DNA from: Chitinophaga pinensis
GTDB taxonomy: Bacteria > Bacteroidota > Bacteroidia > Chitinophagales > Chitinophagaceae
Length of the DNA: 64,000 nucleotides
Direction: 5' to 3'
Assembly (NCBI GenBank): GCA_943333125.1
Contig: CALQSB010000002.1
Coordinates: 44,295 to 108,294, forward strand
Notes under the pieces: model-generated
Told to the model about the DNA's origin: nothing
What the model saw: the letters and a program-made list of their open reading frames with translations, nothing else
Database searches by the model: none
Position numbers and translations under genes: made by a program
In this document: piece by piece, positions 30,805-40,399 of the stretch
Position numbering within the stretch: position 1 is the stretch's first letter
Layout: every line of letters starts with the position of its first letter

Positions 30805-31650
30805 ATGATAGAGAAATTATTTAGACTATTAGGTAAATTTAAAGGGAAGCAAAGCCTCGCAAGATTTGTTTTTAAAAATAAAATAGAAAAATTAAGAGAT
30901 GTAGAAGTCAATGGAAAATATGATTGTACGTATATTTTGCCGAACATCAAAGAGAGTATAGGTTTTGAAATATTTATTGATGGAATTTATGAAACAGAAA
31001 ATCTTCAATTAATTTTGAAAAACTTACCTCAGCATTCAATTATGTTAGACATTGGTGCCAATATCGGATCAATATGTATACCTATTTGTAAATTAAGGCC
31101 GGATATTAAGGCCGTTTGTATAGAAGCATCCTCGCGAATGTATTCCTATTTAGAAAATAACTGTAAATTAAATAATCTGAATAATATTTCCTTAATCAAC
31201 AAAGCGGTTTCGGAAATTGATAACGCTAAGGTTAATTTTTATAGTCCTGATGATAAGTATGGTAAAGGATCTATGAATAATGTGTTTACTGATAAGGCCG
31301 AAATAGTAAATACAATAACACTAGATAAATTAGTAGCTGATTTAGATTATCGAAATATAGGTATCATTAAAATAGATGTGGAGGGATTTGAATGCTCAGT
31401 TTTTAATGGAGGCAAAGGGTTATTGAGCAAAGATGATGCTCCTGATATTTTATTTGAATTTCTCGATTGGGCTGAGGAATCTACAGGAATTTACAAAGCT
31501 GGCAATGCTCAGGAAATCCTATTTTCTATGGGTTATGATCTTTATAGTACTAACAATGGCAAGTATTTGAAAATTAATAAACCTATTACAACAGGTTATA
31601 AAATGATTTTTGCCACAAAGAAGAAAATAATTAATGCTACCAGAGTATAA
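30805..31650 (+). CDS. FkbM-family methyltransferase, copy 2
   Basis: LDIGANIG, CIEAS, IIKIDVEGFECSV. Confidence 0.9.
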   Translation: MIEKLFRLLGKFKGKQSLARFVFKNKIEKLRDVEVNGKYDCTYILPNIKESIGFEIFIDGIYETENLQLILKNLPQHSIMLDIGANIGSICIPICKLRPDIKAVCIEASSRMYSYLENNCKLNNLNNISLINKAVSEIDNAKVNFYSPDDKYGKGSMNNVFTDKAEIVNTITLDKLVADLDYRNIGIIKIDVEGFECSVFNGGKGLLSKDDAPDILFEFLDWAEESTGIYKAGNAQEILFSMGYDLYSTNNGKYLKINKPITTGYKMIFATKKKIINATRV

Positions 31651-31660
31651 TTTTCAATAA

Positions 31661-32569
31661 ATGAGTCATGTAGTTTGTAGGCTTCCAAAAGCAGGGTTAG
31701 GGAATCAATTGTTTCCCTTAATGCATGCTGCAGTTTTTTCTGAATTAAATAATATTCCCTTAACTGTAATTGGTTATCATCAGATAAAAATTGGCCCATA
31801 TCTTAGAAAAGAAAAATCTAAGCGGCATTATCTTGGATTTTTCAAATTTGAAAAAAATGTTATCGCTGCTTTTCTTGATGAATTAAAAGTTAGGAAATGG
31901 TTGCGTCAATCTGAAGTGGTTTTTGAACCTGAACTTATTAAACTAAAAGAAGAACAAAATTCCAATAAAGTATATCTATTTGAACAAATCCCTGCCTATC
32001 AGGATTATTTCTATCATTTGAGGCCATATCGTTCATTAGTGCTTAATTTATTAATGAATTTAATTTCAGAAAAACATTTAAAAAATATAGCCACATTACC
32101 TGTTCCCGAAATAGGCGTACATATTAGAATGGGAGATTTCAGAAAACTTGCCCCAGGTGAAATTTTCAAAGGTGGCCACGTGAGAACTCCCGAAAGTTAT
32201 TTTATAAATATCATTAATGGTATAACTGAAATTTCTGGGAAAAAAATGTCGGTTAGCGTTTTTACTGATGGGTATAAAGAAGAATTTGAAGAATTGTTAA
32301 TTCCTGAAAATATCAACATTGTAGAGGGAAATACAGATATAGAAGATATGTTATTATTAAGTAAAAGCAGGCTTATTGTAATTTCTACTAGCAGCACATT
32401 TTCTTATTGGTCAGGTTTTTTGTCGGATGCTCCCATTATAATGCATCCAGAACATATCCATGCGAGAATAAGAGAAAAAAATAAGGAGGATTCTTTATTT
32501 GAAGGCGGATTCGATATTGCTATTCCTTTTTTAAATAAATATTTTAAAAAACAGGGGTTAAAAAAATAG
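31661..32569 (+). CDS. GT11-like (alpha-1,2-fucosyltransferase-like) glycosyltransferase
   Basis: GLGNQLF, GVHIRMGDF, VFTD, DM.LLS, SSTFSYW (GT11 motifs). Confidence 0.85.
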   Translation: MSHVVCRLPKAGLGNQLFPLMHAAVFSELNNIPLTVIGYHQIKIGPYLRKEKSKRHYLGFFKFEKNVIAAFLDELKVRKWLRQSEVVFEPELIKLKEEQNSNKVYLFEQIPAYQDYFYHLRPYRSLVLNLLMNLISEKHLKNIATLPVPEIGVHIRMGDFRKLAPGEIFKGGHVRTPESYFINIINGITEISGKKMSVSVFTDGYKEEFEELLIPENINIVEGNTDIEDMLLLSKSRLIVISTSSTFSYWSGFLSDAPIIMHPEHIHARIREKNKEDSLFEGGFDIAIPFLNKYFKKQGLKK

Positions 32570-32629
32570 CCAATTTTCTAAATTTAATAAATGATGCAAT
32601 GAACCTGATAAACATCAAGAATTAAAATC

Positions 32630-34003
32630 ATGAACAAACCAGCACAAGTTAATAAACAATATTTCTTCTTATTTGCTGTGCTACTGTATCTTCTATTTTC
32701 TGATTTAAGTTGGTATTCTTATTTCGCGTTATTAATTTCAGTGTATCAATTTTGTTTGGTTTTTGTAAGTGTTAATAGTTTTATTCCTATCAGATATCTT
32801 GCAGGGTTATTGATGTGTCTTCAGATGCTTGTTGGGCCGGCTCTTGCCTATAATGGACTGGATCAATATCAAGAAGGTTTTTCCAAAATGCAGATTTCTG
32901 AATCTGAATATTTCAGTTATGTTATTCCTGCGGTTCTATTTTTCATTGCAGGTCTGAATATCTTCACAAAGAACCACCCCGGGGAAAAACCGGATATAGA
33001 TCGAATTAAAACGTATTTAAATCAGAATCCAAAAATTCCCTACATTTTTATAGTAATTGGTTTTTTTACCGGTACATTTTATATGTTTTTTAGTGCTGAT
33101 ATAGCGTTTGTTTTTCTGATATTGAGTGGATTTAAATTTGTTGGCGTCTTCATTATAATTTTAGGAAATAAATATATAAAACCATTGACAATAGTTTTGG
33201 TATATGGTTCAATTATCGTTTCTTCTATTTCGCAAGGAATGTTTTTCGATCTTCTTTCGTGGGTAACATTTTTAGGTTCAATCTATGCTTTAAAATTAAA
33301 ACCTAAAGCTATTTTTAAAGCGATATTTGTGGTCATATTTGCAATTCTTGCTATTGTAATACAACAGCTTAAAGGAGATTACAGAGAGGCAACCTGGCAA
33401 CAAGGACAGGTTGCTAATCTTGAGACAATGAAAAAAACACTTAAAAAAAAGGATGATAAATCAGGTATTTTTAGTGCAGAAAATATGGGTAATAGTAATC
33501 TTAGAATTAATCAGGGATATATCATTACCAATATCATGAAAACGGTTCCTGATAAAGTCTCTTTTGAGAATGGAAATGAATTATTACAAATTCTTGAAGC
33601 GGCATTTCTGCCAAGAATAATTGCACCCAATAAACTTAATGCAGGGGATCGGTTTATTTTTACTAAGTACTCTGGAATTCCCGTAATATCAGGAACTTCA
33701 ATGGGATTAAGTTCGATAGGGGATGCTTATATTAATTTTGGAGTCAGGGGAGGATGTATTTTTATGTTCTGTTATGGATTGGTGTTCAGCTATTTTCTTA
33801 AATTGTTTTATAAAAAAAGTAAAGAATTCCCCATAGTTATTTTGTTTGCAACTGTAGCTTTTTATTATCCAATAAGACCTGATTGTGAGTTGCAAACGAT
33901 TTTAGGTCATTTGTTTAAAGCAACGTTGATTATTTTTGTTATTGTCAATGTGTGGAAATATAATTTCAGAGTTGCAAAAATTAAGAATTTAAATATCTCA
34001 TAG
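32630..34003 (+). CDS. Polytopic membrane protein, Wzy polymerase / WaaL ligase-like
   Basis: About 10-12 hydrophobic segments with a large late periplasmic loop (~aa 245-355, R.NQG..., PR...P.K, GDAY.NFG..GG). Wzy versus ligase cannot be resolved by eye. Confidence 0.72.
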   Translation: MNKPAQVNKQYFFLFAVLLYLLFSDLSWYSYFALLISVYQFCLVFVSVNSFIPIRYLAGLLMCLQMLVGPALAYNGLDQYQEGFSKMQISESEYFSYVIPAVLFFIAGLNIFTKNHPGEKPDIDRIKTYLNQNPKIPYIFIVIGFFTGTFYMFFSADIAFVFLILSGFKFVGVFIIILGNKYIKPLTIVLVYGSIIVSSISQGMFFDLLSWVTFLGSIYALKLKPKAIFKAIFVVIFAILAIVIQQLKGDYREATWQQGQVANLETMKKTLKKKDDKSGIFSAENMGNSNLRINQGYIITNIMKTVPDKVSFENGNELLQILEAAFLPRIIAPNKLNAGDRFIFTKYSGIPVISGTSMGLSSIGDAYINFGVRGGCIFMFCYGLVFSYFLKLFYKKSKEFPIVILFATVAFYYPIRPDCELQTILGHLFKATLIIFVIVNVWKYNFRVAKIKNLNIS

Positions 34004-34079
34004 TGTCGCATTTCTAACATACCTAAAAACTTGAACTTAACTCTTTAAAAAACAAAAAACATAAATTAAAAAAAATACG

Positions 34080-34718
34080 ATGAGCCAATCCATAGAATTT
34101 CTAAAATCATTAATCCCTTATCCTCTATACTCTAAATTAAAAAATATAAGAGGCAAAGCGCAATTAAAAATATGGGAAAAAGAAGGTAAGCCTATTCCTC
34201 CTCCTCATGCAGTAAAGCAGTCTATTATTAGGGAGTATAGAAAAAAATCGGGGAATGATATTCTGATAGAAACAGGGACTTTTCTTGGTGATATGGTAGA
34301 AGCACAGAAGTCTTATTTTAGAAAAATCATTTCCATTGAATTAAGCATGGAACTTTATGAAAAGGCAAAAAAAAGATTCAAGAAAAATAAACACGTTGAA
34401 ATTATTCAGGGAGATAGTGGCAAAGTACTTAAAAATATTGTGAGCCAATTAAATAAGCCAGCTATATTCTGGCTGGATGGTCATTATTCTTCAGGTAAAA
34501 CAGCCAGAGGGGATAAAGATTGTCCCATTTTTGAAGAATTGTCAACAATTTTTTCTTTTGAAGACTTAAGTCATGTGATATTGATTGATGATGCTCGACA
34601 TTTTAATGGTGAAGGAGATTATCCTACAATTCAAGAGTTAGTCAACTTTGTAAAAAGTAAAAATAGTAATTACCATTCAGCTGTTGCTGATGATGTTATT
34701 AGATTTGAAAGAAATTAA
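34080..34718 (+). CDS. Putative SAM-dependent methyltransferase (ETGT...FWLDGH family), copy 2
   Basis: LIETGTFLGD, ISIELS, GDSG, FWLDGHYS, IDDAR; paralogue of 15292..15891. Confidence 0.7.
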   Translation: MSQSIEFLKSLIPYPLYSKLKNIRGKAQLKIWEKEGKPIPPPHAVKQSIIREYRKKSGNDILIETGTFLGDMVEAQKSYFRKIISIELSMELYEKAKKRFKKNKHVEIIQGDSGKVLKNIVSQLNKPAIFWLDGHYSSGKTARGDKDCPIFEELSTIFSFEDLSHVILIDDARHFNGEGDYPTIQELVNFVKSKNSNYHSAVADDVIRFERN

Positions 34719-34850
34719 AATTTAATGCTTTATTTTAATGACATAATTTTTGTACGTCCTAAGTATGTAAATTTTTTATTTAGCCTATTTTTTTGTCTTC
34801 TCTAATTTTATTTTAAAACCATTATTCAATATTTATTCTGATGCATTTAA

Positions 34851-35927
34851 ATGAGAATTAAAATAATAGACGGATATAGAACAATTGCCGTGCTTGGTGT
34901 ATTATGGGCTCATTGCTGGATGTTTTTTGGTAATCCAAAGATTTTGGTAGCAAAAATTGACATTGCTTCTTTTCTCTCGTTTTTTGGCACAGGTGTAGAT
35001 TTGTTTTTTGTAATCAGCGGTTTTTGCATGTATCTTATGTATATTTCAAAACAAGATCGGTTTAGTTTAAACACTTATTTAGTGTATCTTAAAAAAAGAT
35101 TTTTAAGAATTGCTCCCGCTTTTTATGCCGCAATTATTGTTTATGCTTTTTGTGCAGCCAATTTCACTTTTAAAAATATAGACTGGAAATATTCACTAAT
35201 CAGTGCCGGATTTATAAGGACATTTTTTCCAATTGACACCATTTTTGCTCCACATTTCTGGTCTTTGGCAACCGAATGGCATTTTTATATTTTATTACCG
35301 CTTATTGTTTGGTTAAGTAAATTCTCTGGTTTCAGAAATATGGTTATCATAACAGTTTTATTTTCATTAATATTTAGATTTTATTTTTTGTGGGCAAACA
35401 TAGATCCATTCAATATTATCAACTATTCAATTCCTAACAGAATTATTGAATTTTTATCAGGGATTGTAATGGCAAAACTTTATTTGGATAAATCTAATCA
35501 TTGGTTTTGTAATTCAAATTTTATGATTATTGTTGGATTCTTTATCGCATTAGCCGGAAGGCTTTTAATGACTGCTTATTTTCAAGATCGAACTGATTTG
35601 TTGGGTGTCTTTTCAAGAGTTTTGAATTTGCCTTTTTTGTCTTTAGGATATGCCATAATTATTATTAATTCCCTTAACACCAGTTCTTATTTTTCTAATT
35701 TTATGGGATCCCCAATTATGACTTTTATTGGAAAATATTCTTATAGTATGTATTTGTGGCACTGGGTAATTGCTGGTTTGTTTTGTACAACACTCTCTTC
35801 GTATTTTAAAGATAATCAAGTGTTGGGTTTGTTCATATCCTTTGCCGCTTCTGTATTAGCACTGATTCCACTTTCTATGATTTCTTTTCATTTGTTTGAA
35901 TCTTTTTATTTTAAAATTAAAAAGTAG
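34851..35927 (+). CDS. Acyltransferase-3 (OafA-like) membrane-bound O-acyltransferase
   Basis: IDGYRTIA, GVDLFFVISGF, RFLRIAP, HFWSLATEWHFY, G.YSYSMYLWH. Confidence 0.93.
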   Translation: MRIKIIDGYRTIAVLGVLWAHCWMFFGNPKILVAKIDIASFLSFFGTGVDLFFVISGFCMYLMYISKQDRFSLNTYLVYLKKRFLRIAPAFYAAIIVYAFCAANFTFKNIDWKYSLISAGFIRTFFPIDTIFAPHFWSLATEWHFYILLPLIVWLSKFSGFRNMVIITVLFSLIFRFYFLWANIDPFNIINYSIPNRIIEFLSGIVMAKLYLDKSNHWFCNSNFMIIVGFFIALAGRLLMTAYFQDRTDLLGVFSRVLNLPFLSLGYAIIIINSLNTSSYFSNFMGSPIMTFIGKYSYSMYLWHWVIAGLFCTTLSSYFKDNQVLGLFISFAASVLALIPLSMISFHLFESFYFKIKK

Positions 35928-35956
35928 TTTACGATTTTATTGCCGGAACTTTTAAA

Positions 35957-37075
35957 ATGAAATCAATTTTAATCTCCATACCCTGGTTTACTCCTGCATA
36001 CAAAGCCGGCGGTCCTGTACAGTCTGTATTGAATATGGTGAATCAGTGTAATGAAGAGTTGAACTTCAGTGTGGTTACTGCAGATACTGATATTGATGAC
36101 ATACAACTTCCCATTACTCATTCCAATAAGTGGCTTTATTTTAATGATCACACAAAAGTGATTTATATATCTGCTCAAAATAGATACAGGAAATTAATTG
36201 CAGCTTTTAAATCTGAAAAATATGAAGTTGCTTTTTTAACAGGTATATATTCATTCTCATTTACTTTATTGCCGCTCTTTTTTAATCGTGCTTCTAGATA
36301 TATTATTTCAGTAAGGGGAATGTTGCACCCTTCAGCGTTAAGTCAAAAGAAATTTAAAAAGAAAATATATCTCTCTATTCTGAAGCCTATTCTGATGCTT
36401 AAAAAAGTGGAGTTTCACGCAACAGATGAAAATGAAAAAGAGTATATATTATCGTACATGGGTGAACATGCTAAAGTTTGGGTTGCTCAGAATATTCCAA
36501 AAATTTTGGAGTCTAATGTGTCACCAAAACAACGTGGAAAATTGCGGTTGCTCACAGTAGCTCTAATTGGTCCAATGAAAAATTATCTCGAAGTGTTAAA
36601 GGCGTTATCAGAAATTACTGCAGAAATTGAATATGATATTTGTGGCCCGATCTACTGGCCCGAATATTGGGTCGCATGTCAGAAAATAATAGCTATACTT
36701 CCATCTAATATAAAAGTAAATTATCACGGAGCTATTCCACCTGAAAAACTTTCTCCACTTTATGGAAAGGCACATGTTTTTATATGCCCCAGTCAAAGTG
36801 AAAATTTTGGTCATGCTATTTATGAGGCATTTAGTGCTGGAAAGCCTGTAATAACTAGTTTTAACACACCTTGGAACGATTTAAAAAAAATGGAAACCGG
36901 TTTGAATATTCAACCACAAAAAGAAGAGATTATTGCTGCCGTTGATTTCTTTTGTAAAATGGACAATACAGAATATGCTTTATGGAGCAAGAATGCCGCT
37001 TCGTATGCCCGAAAGTCTGTGGTCATTGAAGAGACTAAACAGAACTATAAAAAAATGTTTAATTCATCTTATTAA
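35957..37075 (+). CDS. GT4-family glycosyltransferase adjacent to the exosortase
   Basis: PAYKAGGP, RGML.P, FICPSQSENFGHAIYEA..GKPVITS. Confidence 0.9.
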   Translation: MKSILISIPWFTPAYKAGGPVQSVLNMVNQCNEELNFSVVTADTDIDDIQLPITHSNKWLYFNDHTKVIYISAQNRYRKLIAAFKSEKYEVAFLTGIYSFSFTLLPLFFNRASRYIISVRGMLHPSALSQKKFKKKIYLSILKPILMLKKVEFHATDENEKEYILSYMGEHAKVWVAQNIPKILESNVSPKQRGKLRLLTVALIGPMKNYLEVLKALSEITAEIEYDICGPIYWPEYWVACQKIIAILPSNIKVNYHGAIPPEKLSPLYGKAHVFICPSQSENFGHAIYEAFSAGKPVITSFNTPWNDLKKMETGLNIQPQKEEIIAAVDFFCKMDNTEYALWSKNAASYARKSVVIEETKQNYKKMFNSSY

Positions 37076-37086
37076 CTTATTAATGA

Positions 37087-37650
37087 ATGGTTAGTACATC
37101 ATCAAGATTAAAAGAGTTTTTTATTTTTCTGACAAAATTTATTCTGCTCTTTTTGATTTGTTATTATGGAACAGAAATAATCATAGGGCTTAGTTCACCT
37201 GGTGGTCATTATTCTGCTTTTGTTGCAAATCATCTTGATTATGTGAGCTGGATTAAAAAATCACTTATTAGCACTACACAATGGTTGCTTTCATTTTATA
37301 ATATTGAAACGTATCAGGCGGGTAATGATATTGTGAGGATAAAATATGGAATGGGAGTAAAGATTGCCTATGGTTGTGTTGGTTATGGAGTGTTTAGTTT
37401 TTGGATTGCGTATGTAATTTCAAACCGTGGATTATTTGGACAAAAATTATTTTTAATTGTTTTTGGATTACTGATATTATGGATCATTAATGTAATTCGG
37501 ATCAGTTTATTTTTAGTGGCAATTAACAAGCAATGGCCTATGCCTTTAGGATTAGATCATCATACCTGGTTTACCATTGTTTCATATATTGCTATATTTG
37601 TGATGATTTATTTTTTTGAAAAGAAGTCAATTGAGAAATCAGAATATTGA
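37087..37650 (+). CDS. xrtY: Exosortase/archaeosortase-family transpeptidase, XrtY type
   Basis: Short polytopic membrane protein with the family catalytic residues: Cys97 (IAYGCVG), Arg138 (IINVIRI), His158/159 (DHHTWF). The subtype is inferred from the PID-CTERM gene and the EPS context. Confidence 0.82.
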   Translation: MVSTSSRLKEFFIFLTKFILLFLICYYGTEIIIGLSSPGGHYSAFVANHLDYVSWIKKSLISTTQWLLSFYNIETYQAGNDIVRIKYGMGVKIAYGCVGYGVFSFWIAYVISNRGLFGQKLFLIVFGLLILWIINVIRISLFLVAINKQWPMPLGLDHHTWFTIVSYIAIFVMIYFFEKKSIEKSEY

Positions 37651-37685
37651 TTTATAAATTGATTAATGTTACCCCTTAAACTAGA

Positions 37686-39431
37686 ATGGAAAAGAAAATA
37701 GTTATACTCGGTATTAACGCCTACCATGCAGATGCTTCCGCTGCAATTTTTGTAAATGGCATCATGATTGCCGCTATTGAGGAAGAGCGCTTCACCAGAG
37801 TAAAACACTGGTCTGGATTTCCGTTAAAAGCAATTGAATTTTGTTTGAAGGAAGCTAATGTTTCCATTGAACAAGTTAGTTATATAGCCATTGGCCGAGA
37901 TCCTAAAGCTAAATTTTTTAAGAAAATTTTATTTCTTGCCGCTCACCCTTTTGTGAGTTTTTCGGCAATCAAAGAAAGGTTTTCAAACAGAAAAAAAGTA
38001 AGCAGTATTGATTTCGTTCTTGCCTCGCATTTTGGGGTGAGTCAGCATTTATTTAATGGAAAAATAAAAAATATCGAACATCACCTAAGTCATATTTCAT
38101 CAGCATTTTTTGCTTCTCCATTTGATGAGTCTGCTTGTTTATCTGTTGATGGCTCCGGAGATTTTACTACTACCATGACGGCAATAGGCAAGGGCAATGA
38201 TATTAAAGTTTTAGATTCTGTAGATTTTCCTCATTCTTTAGGTTTGTTTTACACTGCATTCACTCAATTACTTGGATTCCCTCATTATGGTGACGAGTAC
38301 AAAGTAATGGGTATGGCGCCATACGGCAATCCTAAATATGTTGACAAGATTTTTGAAGTCATAGAACATACCAAAGATGGTTTGTTCAAAATCAATCAAA
38401 GTTATTTCCGAAGTGCTACTTCAGGTATTATTAATTATGGGGATGACAATATTCCAGTTGTTGCGTCAATGTATAATGAAAAGATGATTGAGTTGTTTGG
38501 ACAGCCCCGTCAAAAGGATGAAGCATTAACTCAATATCATAAAGACATGGCAGCATCTGTTCAGAGAATGACAGAATTAACCATATTTCATTTACTGAAT
38601 CATCTGCATAAAAAAACAGGTTCAGAAAATGTATGTATAGCAGGTGGTGTGGCTCAAAATAGTGTAGCAAATGGGAAAATAACCAGAAACACACCATTTA
38701 AAAATGTATATATTCCTTCTGCAGGTCATGATGCTGGAATATCTATGGGTGCTGCATTATATGTTCAACATCAGCAGGAAAATTTAAATCGACATCATAT
38801 TAAATCGGCATATACAGGAAGTAAATTCAGTAATGCAGAAATTGAAAACTGGTTAACATCTAAAGGCATTCAATACGAGTTGTTAGCAGATGAAAAATTA
38901 TATGATATCGTTACAGATTGTTTAATCAACGGAGGTGTGGTGGGTTGGATGCAAGGCAGGGCAGAATTTGGTCCACGTGCTTTGGGTGGAAGATCAATTA
39001 TTGCAGACCCAAGAAGAAATGATGCAAAGGAAATCCTTAATGCTAAAATTAAAAGAAGAGAAAGCTTCAGACCATTTGCTCCTTCAATTCTAAAAGAATA
39101 TGTGGGCGAATATTTTGAACTGGATGAACCGGTGCCCTTTATGGAAAAAGTTTTTCCAATTAGACTAGAAAAACGAGCATTAATTCCTGCAGTTACCCAT
39201 GTTGATGGAACCGGAAGATTGCAATCTGTAGAAAAAGAAATATCTCCACGGTACTATGCCTTGATTGAAGCATTCAGAAAAAAAACCGGGATCCCTATTT
39301 TATTAAATACTTCTTTTAATGAAAATGAACCTATTGTAAATTCGCCTGAAGAGGCCTGGAATTGCTATTCTAGAACCCAAATGGATATGCTGGTTCTGGA
39401 AAATGTGTTGATTTCCAGAAATCTAAAATAG
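37686..39431 (+). CDS. NodU/CmcH-family carbamoyltransferase
   Basis: HADASAA, EEERFTRVKH, EHHLSH, DGSGD, EYKVMGMAPYG, AGGVAQN, EFGPRALG.RS, KRRESFRPFAP, THVDGTGR.Q, LNTSFN. Confidence 0.95.
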   Translation: MEKKIVILGINAYHADASAAIFVNGIMIAAIEEERFTRVKHWSGFPLKAIEFCLKEANVSIEQVSYIAIGRDPKAKFFKKILFLAAHPFVSFSAIKERFSNRKKVSSIDFVLASHFGVSQHLFNGKIKNIEHHLSHISSAFFASPFDESACLSVDGSGDFTTTMTAIGKGNDIKVLDSVDFPHSLGLFYTAFTQLLGFPHYGDEYKVMGMAPYGNPKYVDKIFEVIEHTKDGLFKINQSYFRSATSGIINYGDDNIPVVASMYNEKMIELFGQPRQKDEALTQYHKDMAASVQRMTELTIFHLLNHLHKKTGSENVCIAGGVAQNSVANGKITRNTPFKNVYIPSAGHDAGISMGAALYVQHQQENLNRHHIKSAYTGSKFSNAEIENWLTSKGIQYELLADEKLYDIVTDCLINGGVVGWMQGRAEFGPRALGGRSIIADPRRNDAKEILNAKIKRRESFRPFAPSILKEYVGEYFELDEPVPFMEKVFPIRLEKRALIPAVTHVDGTGRLQSVEKEISPRYYALIEAFRKKTGIPILLNTSFNENEPIVNSPEEAWNCYSRTQMDMLVLENVLISRNLK

Positions 39432-39580
39432 CGCAAATGATTATTTCTTTAAATAAATAATGTATTTTTCCAAAAATTAAAATCAGGAAACTTTACTAAA
39501 GAAGGTCTTTAATACTTTCTGAATGTAAAATAAAGAATTGACTCTCGTTAATAACTATCGAAAAAGCAATAAAACAGCAC

Positions 39581-40330
39581 GTGAAAATTTCTATCATTAC
39601 TGTAACACTTAATTCCGAAAAGCATTTAGCACAGTGTATTCAATCGGTGCTTGATCAAACTTATCAAAACATAGAATATATCATTGTTGACGGCAAATCA
39701 ACAGATGGAACAATAGACATCATTAAAAAAAATGAGTCTAAAATTTCTAAATGGATTTCAGAGTCAGACAATGGAATGTTTGATGCACTGAATAAAGGAA
39801 TGGAAATGGCTACCGGAGATATAATTGGGGTATTGCACAGTGATGATGTTTTTGCTTCTACAGACGTTCTTGAAAAAGTGGCTAATGCATTTATCGAAAA
39901 GAATGTGGATACGCTGTATGGGGATTTAAAATATGTTTATTCAGAAGACATCAGCAAGCTCTACAGAATATGGAAAGGGAAATTGTTCAAAAGAAGCAGA
40001 TTTAAATCAGGCTGGATGCCAGCTCATCCAGCGTTCTACTTTAAAAGAGAGCTTATTAAAAAATACGGGAATTATGAAACCCATTATTATTCTGCTGCAG
40101 ATTATGAACTAATGGCGAGGTATTTATATAAATTCAAATTGAGCTCTTATTATTTACCAAAGTTGTTGGTGTTGATGAGAAGAGGAGGGTTGAGTAATAA
40201 TAATATTGTAAAAAGACTCAGAGCTAACAGAAGAGATTACCTGGCTATGAAAGCAAATGGCATTCCTTTTTCATTTTTAGTTTCCATTTTAAAGCCTTTA
40301 AGTAAATTACATCAGTACTATAAAAAATAG
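39581..40330 (+). CDS. GT2-family glycosyltransferase (WcaE/PGL-like)
   Basis: GTG start; KISIITV, EYIIVDG.STDGT, SE.D.GMFDALNKG, LHSDD, HPAF, ADYE. Confidence 0.92.
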   Translation: MKISIITVTLNSEKHLAQCIQSVLDQTYQNIEYIIVDGKSTDGTIDIIKKNESKISKWISESDNGMFDALNKGMEMATGDIIGVLHSDDVFASTDVLEKVANAFIEKNVDTLYGDLKYVYSEDISKLYRIWKGKLFKRSRFKSGWMPAHPAFYFKRELIKKYGNYETHYYSAADYELMARYLYKFKLSSYYLPKLLVLMRRGGLSNNNIVKRLRANRRDYLAMKANGIPFSFLVSILKPLSKLHQYYKK

Positions 40331-40399
40331 TTATCAGGTTAATTGATTCCCGAACTTTTAATTTTAATGGTAACTTTATTTTTTAAATAATATTTTAGA

